Shown: positions 37,966 to 47,702, numbered from the stretch's first letter. The stretch: DNA of 64,000 nt from Candidatus Thorarchaeota archaeon (GCA_020348985.1 CP070761.1:947713-1011712); one strand, 5' to 3'. Notes: generated by a model not told the origin, from the sequence alone. A program made the numbers and translations.

Positions 37966-39078
37966 TTGGCGTCCACCAGTAGATGGCGATTTGTCCTGCC
38001 AGGACTCATGTTCATTGTGTGTGCATTCTTCACATACTACTTCATCGACACAACTATCACTTCACTTGATGTCGATCGTTTGGATCCGATATTGAGCTGG
38101 ACCTATTTCGACTTCAACATAGTCACTGTGACCTTGATTCTTGCTGTGCCGATCTTGCTGCTTGAATATCGTGTTTTGGCGGCTCCAGGTGCTTCGGCAT
38201 TCCTCTATTTCGCAAAAGCCTGGAAGGCCGCATCATATGAAATGAACATTATGAACATAGGGAGGGAGTTTGGATCAGCCCGACTTATCAGAAGAGCGGC
38301 ACCACCTGCACTATTCAGTGCGGCTTCGGCGGGTGTATTTAGGGTAGGAATAAGGCGCTTCATCTTTGGACCGACACCCCCTATCGTGCCACAGGAGCTC
38401 ATTGGACAATACAATATCATGATCACTCTGATGGGGACTCTTGTGTTTCTGCCTATCGCACTTGCATTCTTCATTCCAACATGGGTTCTAAACGATGCTG
38501 GGGTAGTCACACACCTGAAAGGATCGAAGATGAAGGTCAGGCAGCCCCCCGATACTCAAGGTGTAGGAAAATGGGCTGGGAACATGCTAGGCGGGTACGC
38601 GTTGATAGCCTATCCCCTCACTGCACTCAACGATCACTTCTACGAGCCCCTGTTCTTCGCAGGGGATGCGGTTCAGACCTTTGATCCCATCAGAAGCTTC
38701 CTGTGGATAGTTGGTATTCCATTGATTGCTATGGCATTTGTCTTGCCAGTCATAGCTTTGAATGAGAGGTCACACAAGAAGATGAAGGCGCGGGTTACGA
38801 GGTCTGCACGAAAGCTTGGAGCCAGTCCTATACGAAAGGAAAGAATCGCTGTAATAAGGAAACCTACAAGGCCGAAAGTCAGTACGCCTACAGCAGAAGC
38901 TGAAAGCGAATTTGTGGAGGAGGAACCTCCTGCCGTTTTTGACTTGGAAGAAGAGGACGGCATACAATATGTGACGACGGCAAAGAGCAAGAAGAAGGCA
39001 AAGACCAAGGAAAAGGAATCTTCGACATCTTCCAAGAAAGCTCCTTCATCCAAACCGAAGCAAAAGAGCAAGAAGTGA
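37966..39078 (+). CDS. Hypothetical multi-pass membrane protein with charged C-terminal tail
   Basis: Five to six hydrophobic segments, then an acidic stretch and a Lys-rich tail. Confidence 0.75.
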   Translation: MASTSRWRFVLPGLMFIVCAFFTYYFIDTTITSLDVDRLDPILSWTYFDFNIVTVTLILAVPILLLEYRVLAAPGASAFLYFAKAWKAASYEMNIMNIGREFGSARLIRRAAPPALFSAASAGVFRVGIRRFIFGPTPPIVPQELIGQYNIMITLMGTLVFLPIALAFFIPTWVLNDAGVVTHLKGSKMKVRQPPDTQGVGKWAGNMLGGYALIAYPLTALNDHFYEPLFFAGDAVQTFDPIRSFLWIVGIPLIAMAFVLPVIALNERSHKKMKARVTRSARKLGASPIRKERIAVIRKPTRPKVSTPTAEAESEFVEEEPPAVFDLEEEDGIQYVTTAKSKKKAKTKEKESSTSSKKAPSSKPKQKSKK

Positions 39079-39099
39079 GGACTGCAATCGGCGGATGGC

Positions 39100-39942
39100 G
39101 TGATGCTGATGTCAGTCCATATCGAGAGACTCAGAGAAGAATATGAAGGACCCCACCACTTGGTTACTACATCTGACGGTCTAACTCTGTTTCTTCGTGA
39201 GTGGAGACCGGCTCAAGGAACCGCAAGAGATACTGCGATACTGATACTGCATGGAATTACAGCTTACAGTGGTCCATACGCAATAATCGGTGAGCCGCTC
39301 TCTGAGAACGGATTCACAACGTATTGAATGGATCTTCGTGGACACGGCTTATCGGACGGCCATCGGGGTGACAGTCCAGGTATGGAAGTGTTTGTCCGTG
39401 ATCTTTGCGAAACGATTTCCTTTGTTCGAAGAAGACACGCACGACTGGTCCTCTTAGGTCACAGTCTCGGTGTCCTTTCAGCAATCCTCGCGATGGCTGA
39501 GTGCAGTTCTGCCGCTGATGGTGCAATTCTCCTTGGTGCTGCACGTACTATGAGAGAGAGCGCATATCCGGAATTGTCACTTGGTAAGAAGCTTCGAATT
39601 CTACTCAGTTCGTTGATATCCCCTACCAAGCAAGTAGTTGAATACCGGCGGGAGGGCATGGTTGGATTGGATGATCCATTATTCACTTTCAACTATACAT
39701 TGCGCTTCATGAGGATTGCAGGCCTAAGAGATTTTGAGTTTCAAGAAGAACTGAATATTCCTGTCTTTGTGGGGATTGGAGAAAGTGATGAGTTGTTCGA
39801 TGTTGAAGCCTGCAGGAATCTCTATGATGAGATACCAGCGTCAACAAAAGAGTTCCATGTGGTGCAGGGCGCAAAGCATGCTGAGTTCCCGCAAGGAAGT
39901 TGGTCCAGACTAATAGAATGGGTCGTTGAGAACTTCGCTTGA
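39100..39942 (+). pseudogene. Alpha/beta hydrolase (lysophospholipase-like) interrupted by an in-frame TGA at 39325-39327
   Basis: ILHG...ENGFTTY-TGA-MDLRGHGLS...GHSLG...DELF...AKH; both halves are in one frame and the Ser/Asp/His motifs are intact. Confidence 0.75.
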
Positions 39943-39986
39943 ATAGCAATCCCGGTGACCATTTTCTCATAAGAAACGGAGAAGCA

Positions 39987-40026
39987 TGGACTAGGCTGAG
40001 CCCTAATGAAGGTCTCAGCCCGTCCA
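39987..40026. terminator. Stem-loop between convergent genes
   Basis: TGGAC..GGCTGAG-CCCTAATGAAGGT-CTCAGCC..GTCCA. Confidence 0.35.
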
Positions 40027-40069
40027 AGAGATAGAGAGTCTTTGTTAGTTGGCAACCGTGATTCTGAGA

Positions 40070-40366
40070 CTAGGTCTTCCGACTCCAGTCAAGAAGTGCT
40101 TGGGGCCAGTGTATCAACGGAAATGCAGAGGGTTCCTGCAGAAGAGTCCTCAGCTCACTCTGGCGAACGTGATAGACACTCTGTCGCATATCCTCAAAGT
40201 TGGGCTTCTTTGTAATCAGCTTTAATCCCACTAATCTGCGTAGAGCAAAGCTCACGGTTCTGGCCGGGAGTTTTGAGCTTTCGCTGATTTCCTTGGGAGT
40301 AAGAGGGCCCTTTATTGTCAGCATACCCAGAACAACCAACGCACTTCTTGGCAATTCAGTCAACAT
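40070..40366 (-). CDS. MarR/ArsR-like winged-helix regulator
   Basis: GPLTPKEI...LPARTVSFALRRL...PNFEDMRQSVY. Confidence 0.85.
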   Translation of the reverse strand: MLTELPRSALVVLGMLTIKGPLTPKEISESSKLPARTVSFALRRLVGLKLITKKPNFEDMRQSVYHVRQSELRTLLQEPSAFPLIHWPQALLDWSRKT

Positions 40367-40523
40367 ATCTCAGTAATCTCCATTGTCTAACGACTATTTG
40401 TGTGTAAAAGAACAATATCTATTTGCGTGACCCTGAATGTTCAGAATGATGCGGATTCGGGTGGTATTTCGAGGAGATTTCCGAACTGCCATGTTCAGAA
40501 AATGCCAAAAATGCGGTTTCCTC

Positions 40524-40937
40524 TCAAGACAGGACTTGAAAGATTGGTCGTAGACGTATGATTAGGGCCAACGTTACCATCGCAATCATGACATCAAATG
40601 CGGTCGATCCAACAAGAAGCATTGCCATCTCTGGTGTTTCGAATGCTTGCACTATTGTGAGAATTGGTAGGATGAAGCGAACGCAGCATGCTGCAAGAGG
40701 GATTACTATGTATCTCGCCGGGTCGCGTGCAGCTACTAGCTGGAGGCTTCCTAGAGTCACTGCTAGTAGTCCCATCGTTCTCCAATACAAAGGATAGTTC
40801 GGGATTGTCTGAAGTCCTGTAGCCATTGCCACGATAGTGTCACCCCACAGCATGACAGCTGCTCCCATTACTACCTCGAAAGCTCCTCCAAGACCTATCA
40901 TTCCCTTCAACAGCACTTCGGCGTTGCGATTTGACAA
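40524..40937 (-). CDS. Hypothetical 4-TM membrane protein
   Basis: Four hydrophobic segments and AARDPARY. Confidence 0.7.
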   Translation of the reverse strand: MSNRNAEVLLKGMIGLGGAFEVVMGAAVMLWGDTIVAMATGLQTIPNYPLYWRTMGLLAVTLGSLQLVAARDPARYIVIPLAACCVRFILPILTIVQAFETPEMAMLLVGSTAFDVMIAMVTLALIIRLRPIFQVLS

Positions 40938-41048
40938 TGAGCGTTCCTCCGCTGGTCACCACTGCAATATACTTGCCTACAGAATGATATATATCCTGCA
41001 CTAAAACGACCTCGACTTGTCATCAGCTCCAGACGGTGATTCTGTTAT

Positions 41049-41639
41049 ATGAGTGAGTCAAGAAATGTTGTAATCGTGACCGGGATACCTGGTGTTGGGA
41101 AGACAACAGTCATCAACACAGCAGTGGATATGATCAAAGAGGAATATGGAGAAGAAGTACTCATCTTGAACATTGGGACAGAGATGTTTGAGATAGCTTT
41201 GGCGAAGGGAATGATAAAGGACCGTGATGAGCTCAGAAAGATGCCCACCTCAAAACAGAGAGAAGTGCAGAGACTTGCAGGCGAAGCCATAGCGAAGAAA
41301 GGGAAGTCTGCACGAGCCATTGTAGACACACATACACTCATTCAGACAGAAAACGGATTTCTCATTGGATTGCCCGAGTGGGTTTCCAGACCAATCCAGC
41401 CGAAGACTGTTGTGCTGATCGAAGCGGATTCAGCCAACATCGCCAGTCGCAGGAATTCTGACGAAACCCGCACCCGTGACGAACAGCTTGTAGACGATAT
41501 TCGAGTTCATCAAGAGATGTGTCGAGCAGCTGCTGTCTCAGTGGGAACACTTACTGGAGCGACCGTTAGAATAATCAAGAACCGCGAAGGTCTAGTTGAA
41601 GAAGCTGCAAGAGAACTTGCCGAGACACTAATGGAGTGA
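41049..41639 (+). CDS. adkA: Archaeal adenylate kinase
   Basis: VTGIPGVGKTT, DRDELRK, VDTH, GLP. Confidence 0.95.
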   Translation: MSESRNVVIVTGIPGVGKTTVINTAVDMIKEEYGEEVLILNIGTEMFEIALAKGMIKDRDELRKMPTSKQREVQRLAGEAIAKKGKSARAIVDTHTLIQTENGFLIGLPEWVSRPIQPKTVVLIEADSANIASRRNSDETRTRDEQLVDDIRVHQEMCRAAAVSVGTLTGATVRIIKNREGLVEEAARELAETLME

Positions 41640-41645
41640 ACCTAG

Positions 41646-42206
41646 ATGCAGGATATTTTCGCTGCGATGTATAATTGGATGCTAGTCAACGTCTCATCAC
41701 CGCCAGGATCAGCAGTTTTTGTGCTGATTGTGTCAGTTAGCATCTCCACAATCAGCAATATGGCAATGCGACGATTCACGGACATGCGTCGACTCAATAG
41801 GTACCAAACTGAGATCAAGCAATACCGTGAGATGGAGCAACAGGCAAAGAAGACTGGAAACGAGAAGTTGTTGAGAAAGGTCAGAAGGCGAAAGAGCTAC
41901 GTTGACCGCATTCAAAGGGAAATGCTCACTGCTCGCTGTAAGCCAATGATGTTCTTCTTCATACCCTTCATCCTGCTTTTCAATGTCCTCCGAACATTCT
42001 ACCTTGAAGCAGACGGCATAACTCAAACGATCGTAGCGATTCTTCCATTCAATGCCAACAAACTACTGCCTTTCTTGGAAGGTTTCATCGGAGTCCAAAC
42101 CGCTGCAGGTTTTGGACTGTGGTTCTGGCCATTCTACTTCCTAGTCGGTCTTGGTCTCGGACAAATCCTTCAGAGGATACAAGGTGTCCAGATTATGACT
42201 ACTTAG
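41646..42206 (+). CDS. EMC3/TMCO1/Get1-family (DUF106) membrane insertase
   Basis: TM, coiled coil, KPMMFFFIP, C-terminal TM; conserved position after adk. Confidence 0.88.
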   Translation: MQDIFAAMYNWMLVNVSSPPGSAVFVLIVSVSISTISNMAMRRFTDMRRLNRYQTEIKQYREMEQQAKKTGNEKLLRKVRRRKSYVDRIQREMLTARCKPMMFFFIPFILLFNVLRTFYLEADGITQTIVAILPFNANKLLPFLEGFIGVQTAAGFGLWFWPFYFLVGLGLGQILQRIQGVQIMTT

Positions 42207-42336
42207 GAATAAACAAATGCCTAGGTATGGACAGAATCATAGAGAAAGTGATTGCACCCATCGTTGCACACCGCTTTCCTTAAAAGTGAAAACCAAGGGT
42301 GCGTGAGAATAGCACAGGGTTCAGAAGTGAGTGATT

Positions 42337-42606
42337 ATGCCACGACCAGGCCATCTAACGAGAGGAAGAGCAAACCGTACGATTAGGACGCCAGGCGGCA
42401 GATTTGTTGTTCACAGACAGAAGTTCTATCGTGCGAAAGGCACTTGTGCAGAATCCGGTAGACAGCTGCAGCTTCCAAGAAGAGCGAAGCATAGACTAAC
42501 CAGGAAAGCTAGTCATTCTTCGAAGAGACCCAATCGACCATATGGTGGTAAGCTGACTTCCAAGGCACTGAAGCGGGGAATAACTCGACAGCTCCGCAAT
42601 CAGTAG
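42337..42606 (+). CDS. rpl34e: 50S ribosomal protein eL34
   Basis: RTPGGR, RPNRPYGG; position before cmk. Confidence 0.9.
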   Translation: MPRPGHLTRGRANRTIRTPGGRFVVHRQKFYRAKGTCAESGRQLQLPRRAKHRLTRKASHSSKRPNRPYGGKLTSKALKRGITRQLRNQ

Positions 42607-42638
42607 GAGATGATGCACTCCAGATTCGTTCAATTCAG

Positions 42639-43187
42639 GTGATGAACTTGAAACGAACTGTCACAATAGGAGGGCTCCATGGAACAGGAAAGAGCTCGGT
42701 GGCCGACGTTATTGCCAAGCATTTCGATTTGAGAAGAGTCTCAGCGGGAGCAATCTTTCGGGCAATCGCCAAAGAAAGGGGGTATTCTCTGGAGGATTTC
42801 AGTAGAGTCGCCGAAGGTAGCGAGGAAATAGACAGAGAGCTTGATGCTCGGCAGAAGGAAGAAGCAAAGGCAGGGAATGTCGTGCTGGACGGACAACTCT
42901 CAGCATGGATGGCAGGCGAGTACGCTGACTTCAGAATCCTGCTGACAGCGTCTCAAGATGTCCGCATAGCTAGGATAGCTGGAAGGGACGGAGTTAGTAT
43001 TGAGGAAGCAACGCAGGAAACGGTTGCCAGAGAGAATAGTGAGATAGAGAGATACAAGGAGTACTATGGAATAGACATCTCTGACCTCTCGAAGTATGAT
43101 CTTGTCCTGAACACCGAAAAGTTCAGTCTGGAGGGCGTGGTCAAAGTCGTAATTGCGGCCCTGGAGAACTTCTTCTCTCAGAAGTGA
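42639..43187 (+). CDS. cmk: Cytidylate kinase (archaeal)
   Basis: GGLHGTGKS, SAGAIFR, YYGIDISDLSKYDLV. Confidence 0.93.
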   Translation: MMNLKRTVTIGGLHGTGKSSVADVIAKHFDLRRVSAGAIFRAIAKERGYSLEDFSRVAEGSEEIDRELDARQKEEAKAGNVVLDGQLSAWMAGEYADFRILLTASQDVRIARIAGRDGVSIEEATQETVARENSEIERYKEYYGIDISDLSKYDLVLNTEKFSLEGVVKVVIAALENFFSQK

Positions 43188-43323
43188 GCTCGTCCTCAAA
43201 CAATCAAAGCGCAATGTCTATATTGTGACCGACAGTCGGCACCCTAGTCTCCCAGCCAAGGAATGGGGTCATGAGGTGACTTGTGACTGCAGCTTGACTG
43301 AGGCATGGTTGAGGTTGGAAGAA

Positions 43324-43605
43324 ATGAAACTGTACGAAACAGGAAGAGTCTGTGTAAAGACCATGGGCCGTGAAGCCGGAAGCTACTGCGTCGTAGTTGA
43401 GCAGAGTGAAGGTAAGTACGTCATCGTCACGGGCCCACAGCATCTCAGTGGAGTGCGAAGAAGAAGAGCGAACATTGGACATCTCGAACCCCTTGAAACG
43501 ATAATCTCGATTAAAGAGGGTGCGGACGACCAAGAGGTTGAGAACGCCATCAGAGAGGCAGGACTCGAAGAAACCTTCAGGTCCGGAGTCCGTCTGCCAG
43601 AGTAA
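43324..43605 (+). CDS. rpl14e: 50S ribosomal protein eL14
   Basis: GRVCVKTMGREAG, TGP, RRRANIGHLEP. Confidence 0.93.
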   Translation: MKLYETGRVCVKTMGREAGSYCVVVEQSEGKYVIVTGPQHLSGVRRRRANIGHLEPLETIISIKEGADDQEVENAIREAGLEETFRSGVRLPE

Positions 43606-43643
43606 TAACCGGTGTTCAAGCCAGTCGTAATGGGGGAACCCAA

Positions 43644-44651
43644 ATGCCCGGCATCCTCCCATCTGACCTCCCCCGCGAACTCATTGTGAAGACTTCACAT
43701 TCTACAAGTAGCGACTATGGATTTCTATCATTAGACAATCTGCCAATTGAGTATCTTCTTGAGAACGGAGTAATCTCACTTGACAAGCCTGCAGGTCCGA
43801 CAAGTCATGAGGTCGCAACTTGGGTCCGGTCGATTCTGAATATTGAACGGGTCGGTCACGGAGGCACACTCGACCCGGGTGTAACGGGAATTCTTCCACT
43901 CGGGATTGGAAATGCTACGAAAGCGATGCAAGCACTGCTACCTGCAGGAAAAGAGTATGTTTGCGTGCTAGAGCTCCATGAGATGGCTTCCGAAGCAAGA
44001 ATCCAGGAGGTACTTGCAGAATTCGTTGGAAAGGTGTATCAGAAGCCCCCTCTGCGTTCGTCAGTGAAAAGGGTCCTGCGAGTTCGAGAGATATACTACA
44101 TAGACATCAATGAGATCAAAGGCAAGCTCGTGCTATTTCACGCGGGATGCCAGGCTGGAACCTACATACGCAAGCTCTGCTATGATGTTGGTGAGGCACT
44201 TGGATCTGGGGGGCATATGAGAGAGCTGCGCCGTACTCGGGTTGGAGCCTTCAGAGAAGACGAGCACCTTTGCACGCTGTTAGACTTGAAGGATGCGTAT
44301 CAGTTCTGGAGGGAAGACGGTGACGAACAGGAATTGCGACGGTACGTACAGCCTATCGAGTTTGCCATGAAGCATCTTCCTGAGATTAATGTTCGTGACA
44401 GTGCTGTTGATGCGATTTGCCACGGTGCCAGCCTCGCCGCGAGCGGAGTCGTCAGTTTAAGCAATGGTATCAAAAAGGATGATGCTGTTGCACTCAAAAC
44501 CATGAAAGGTGAGATCATTGCAATCGCCAAGGCTGCTGCAACAAGTGATGCCATAATCAAGGCAAATAGCGGCCTAGTGGCAATGACTGAACGCGTCTTT
44601 ATGGAGAGAGGACGATATCCGTCACAGTGGAAGAAACGCACGAAAGAATAG
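43644..44651 (+). CDS. cbf5: H/ACA RNP pseudouridine synthase Cbf5
   Basis: LDKPAGPTSHEV, GHGGTLDP, GTYIRKLC; PUA domain. Confidence 0.96.
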   Translation: MPGILPSDLPRELIVKTSHSTSSDYGFLSLDNLPIEYLLENGVISLDKPAGPTSHEVATWVRSILNIERVGHGGTLDPGVTGILPLGIGNATKAMQALLPAGKEYVCVLELHEMASEARIQEVLAEFVGKVYQKPPLRSSVKRVLRVREIYYIDINEIKGKLVLFHAGCQAGTYIRKLCYDVGEALGSGGHMRELRRTRVGAFREDEHLCTLLDLKDAYQFWREDGDEQELRRYVQPIEFAMKHLPEINVRDSAVDAICHGASLAASGVVSLSNGIKKDDAVALKTMKGEIIAIAKAAATSDAIIKANSGLVAMTERVFMERGRYPSQWKKRTKE

Positions 44652-44702
44652 AATTGTTCGACTTCATCGAGAAGTTCTTAATGCTTCCAGTCGTATTCTG
44701 AG

Positions 44703-45055
44703 TGGCTCTGGAGCAAGAGTGCGACTGACGGTAGCAGTCCTTCAGGACAGCAGCTGAGGAAGCTCCCAACTACATGCCGGTACCGGTCCTGTGCGAACAG
44801 GGAGGTGAGAGCCTCGCTCTGGAAACAGAAACGACACCTCCAATTCACGTTTGACTGTGATACGGACTCGAATCCGTTGAGAAGTGATTTGGCCAGGTTG
44901 AAACGGTCCATCACCGGGTTAGCAATCTCAAGAATACGCCTACGACGTGCCGGCCCGAGGCGTAGGGTAGAGAGCATAGTTTGATGTCGCAAAGCTCTAC
45001 TCTGGTAACTCAGTAGGGCAGAACAGAATTGGGGCTACTCCTTGCACCAGGGCCA
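44703..45055 (+). ncRNA. rnpB: RNase P RNA (archaeal)
   Basis: P1 TGGCTCTGGAGCAAGAGT / ACTCCTTGCACCAGGGCCA; CR-I GAGGAAGCTCCC; ACAGAAACG; TTGAAACGG; CR-V AACAGAATTGGGGCTAC. P4 AGC[U]CCCAA pairs with UUGGGGCU. Confidence 0.9.
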
Positions 45056-45058
45056 TCT

Positions 45059-45613
45059 TCACCTATTGGAGTCACGTTGGTGATTCTCCATAATCTCTTG
45101 TTGTGTAGCGACGACTTCTGTACTCGAACTGCACGATGCGTAGGCATCTAGCCATTCTTTGTTGAGAGTCAGAAATGCGTGGCCCCATTTGAACACAGAT
45201 ATTACCCTCTCCGCCGCATCCTCAAGCCCAATGATGTACAATGCAGACGCAATAGCCTCAGCTGTTGAGAGCTTTATTGGTTTGTACGTATTAGTAGGAT
45301 TAGCAGCCAATAGGTAAGGCAGAGCGCGTTGGATTCCGTATCTTGATCGATTGAAGATTTCTTCTGCTTGCTTCCATGAGCAGTCCAAACCTACCAGACC
45401 GGACTGTAATAGAGAGACTTTGTCGGCCCTCGAGAACGCCGTGTCTGCCGTGGGATTGAGGACGATGGCCTCTCGTGGGATTCGCCTCATCTCCTTCAGG
45501 GTCTCTGCGATCTTGAACCTAGCCAATCTGTGTCCTGTGCACTTCTTTGGGTCACATTGGCCCGCCTGATACACAAGCAGATTGGGAAGTCCACTCTTCT
45601 GAGCTGCCATCAT
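45059..45613 (-). CDS. tsr3: 16S rRNA aminocarboxypropyltransferase Tsr3
   Basis: QCDPKKCTG, LDCSW, RALPYLLAANP, LSTAEA, FKWG. Confidence 0.94.
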   Translation of the reverse strand: MMAAQKSGLPNLLVYQAGQCDPKKCTGHRLARFKIAETLKEMRRIPREAIVLNPTADTAFSRADKVSLLQSGLVGLDCSWKQAEEIFNRSRYGIQRALPYLLAANPTNTYKPIKLSTAEAIASALYIIGLEDAAERVISVFKWGHAFLTLNKEWLDAYASCSSSTEVVATQQEIMENHQRDSNR

Positions 45614-45671
45614 GTAGGAGCTAGTGCAAAACAGATTTCAGGTTTGCTACTTCCAATCCATGTGTCCGACC

Positions 45672-45938
45672 ATGTCAGGTGAAACTAACGAGGAATGCGA
45701 GATTTGCGGAGACGGTCTAGTCTCATCAATCGTTTGCCGCATGTGCGACTCGACTGTATGTCCAAACTGTACTCAAGGGACAGAGGAGCTTTGCCTGACA
45801 TGTTATGAAGCGAAGTGCAGGATTTGTGGTGATTATCTTTCATCTCGGGCTTGTGACAGATGTGGGAATCCGGTCTGTGAAGATCACAGTGTTAGAATCG
45901 ATGCTGCGACAGTCTGTGATGGATGCAGGATGAGTTGA
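45672..45938 (+). CDS. Cys-rich multi-zinc-finger protein
   Basis: Eight CxxC/CxxH pairs in 88 aa. Confidence 0.75.
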   Translation: MSGETNEECEICGDGLVSSIVCRMCDSTVCPNCTQGTEELCLTCYEAKCRICGDYLSSRACDRCGNPVCEDHSVRIDAATVCDGCRMS

Positions 45939-47275
45939 TAGTGGTGGAGGAAAGGATTCACCTAGGAATGGACGACATTGACAGTCCGAGAGGGGGCTGC
46001 ACCACACACTTTGCGAGTTTGCTTGTAGAGTACCTGTCCACAATCGGCGCAAAGTGGATAGACTATCCGAACCTAGTCAGACTCAATCCGAACATCCCGT
46101 ATAGAACACGAGGGAATGGAGCAGTCGCTCTGCGGTTTGATATCGACTCCTCGGAAAGCGAAGGGATACTGAAGTGGGTTAGTGAGAAGATAGTTGGATA
46201 CATCGAGAAGTCCTACCCCAACACCAACCCCGGAGTTATCATCGTGAAGGGAGAGATTTCAAACGATGTCACCAATTTCGCGCGGAGAGCCCTTTGGAGA
46301 GCACTTCCTATAGAATTAGCCCGAAGGATACTGAGAAAACACGAGTTGATGCATTTCTGTGTTGGTAATGGTAGAGGGTTGATTGGAGCTTTATCTTCCA
46401 TTGGAAACCAGCTACGAAACGACCACACCTATGAATTCCTCGCATATCGAGGTTTGGACGCCATCGGTGAGACCAGAGGTGTGAACCCTCAGTCTGTCAT
46501 AGAGATGGACAAGATGTTCTCAGGCCGTCTCTTCTCCAATCTCGATCCCGTGTCTGGTAGAATACTGGTAGAGCCCAGAGGCCCAGATCCAGTCCTTTTT
46601 GGGTTGAGAGGAGAAGCGGCGGGCGACGTAATCCGGGCCGCGGACCATGTGCAAAGCAGCCAGGACATTGACAGATGGATGGTCTTCAGAACGAATCAAG
46701 GCACGAATGAGCACTTGGAGAACAGACTTCAGATATCAAGACTGCGGCCATATATCGCTGTGACTGTAGAGGGGAGAGTAGAATCGCAACCAACTATGCT
46801 AGAGGGCGGTCATGTCGTTTTCAAACTGGGTGACGATTCTGGAACCATTGAATGTGCTGCGTACGAGCCTTCGGGCGATTTTCGCAAGACCATCCTGCTG
46901 CTTAGACAGGGCGACAGCATTGTGATTCTGGCGGGAGTGAGGCCTTCATCCAAGAACCATGGATTAACTCTCAATGTAGAGGGATTGCAGGTTCGGGAGG
47001 TCACAGAGCAGGTGGAATATGCTAATCCAGTTTGCCCCAGGTGTGATCGGAGGATGAAGAGTGCTGGCAAACAGAAAGGATTCAAGTGCGCAAATTGTGG
47101 TCATAGAGACGCTGTTGCAGAGAAGATCGCCACACCGGTATCTAGAAGCCTTAAGATTGGGTACTACCTTCCACCTTTGTCCGCACAAAGACATCTTACG
47201 CGGCCCCTAGCTAGGATCAAACGACGTAATCGGGGAAGACCAGATCATATGGTCGAGGAATGGCATATTCCCTAG
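45923..47275 (+). CDS. tiaS: tRNA(Ile2) agmatinylcytidine synthase
   Basis: GMDDIDS..GGCTTH, LVRLNPNIPYRTRGNGA, TNQGT, Zn ribbon, RHLTRP. Confidence 0.95.
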   Translation: MQDELIVVEERIHLGMDDIDSPRGGCTTHFASLLVEYLSTIGAKWIDYPNLVRLNPNIPYRTRGNGAVALRFDIDSSESEGILKWVSEKIVGYIEKSYPNTNPGVIIVKGEISNDVTNFARRALWRALPIELARRILRKHELMHFCVGNGRGLIGALSSIGNQLRNDHTYEFLAYRGLDAIGETRGVNPQSVIEMDKMFSGRLFSNLDPVSGRILVEPRGPDPVLFGLRGEAAGDVIRAADHVQSSQDIDRWMVFRTNQGTNEHLENRLQISRLRPYIAVTVEGRVESQPTMLEGGHVVFKLGDDSGTIECAAYEPSGDFRKTILLLRQGDSIVILAGVRPSSKNHGLTLNVEGLQVREVTEQVEYANPVCPRCDRRMKSAGKQKGFKCANCGHRDAVAEKIATPVSRSLKIGYYLPPLSAQRHLTRPLARIKRRNRGRPDHMVEEWHIP

Positions 47276-47300
47276 ACCGTGAGAACTGAATGAATGTACT

Positions 47301-47702
47301 TTAGACCCTTCGGCCACGCCGACCGCCGGGCTTCCGTGTCCCATCGTGCGGCATTGGGGTAACTTCGTCAATGATACCGATTCTCAGACCTGCACGGCTA
47401 AGAGCACGGATTGCCGCCTGAGCTCCGGGCCCGGGAGTCTTGGGACCGTGTCCACCGGGGGCTCTAACACGGATGTGTATCCCGTAAATCCCTTTGTCTT
47501 TGGCTTCACGCGCAGCTTGAAAGGCAGCCTGCATTGCGGCATGTGGTGATGATTCATTGCGGTCTGCTTTCACCATCATTCCACCAGAGTAGCGGGCGAT
47601 TGTCTCAGCACCGGTGATGTCAGTAATGTGTACAATCGAGTCGTTATACGAAGCGAAGATATGTGCTATGCCCCACTTAGTTCTCTCTTCCTTTCTACTC
47701 AT
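47301..47702 (-). CDS. rps11: 30S ribosomal protein uS11
   Basis: [31 protein letters not shown]. Confidence 0.97.
   Translation of the reverse strand: MSRKEERTKWGIAHIFASYNDSIVHITDITGAETIARYSGGMMVKADRNESSPHAAMQAAFQAAREAKDKGIYGIHIRVRAPGGHGPKTPGPGAQAAIRALSRAGLRIGIIDEVTPMPHDGTRKPGGRRGRRV

Noticed and set aside
40003-40010. CTAATGAA shared between the hairpins at 39994-40020 and 61342-61365
   Set aside because: The stems are unrelated, and an 8-mer match is expected by chance in 64 kb.
43188-43323. C/D box sRNA between cmk and rpl14e
   Set aside because: Only a CTGA and a poor C-box match; insufficient support.
44678-44992. 104-aa minus-strand ORF
   Set aside because: Antisense to the RNase P RNA, with no protein-like features.
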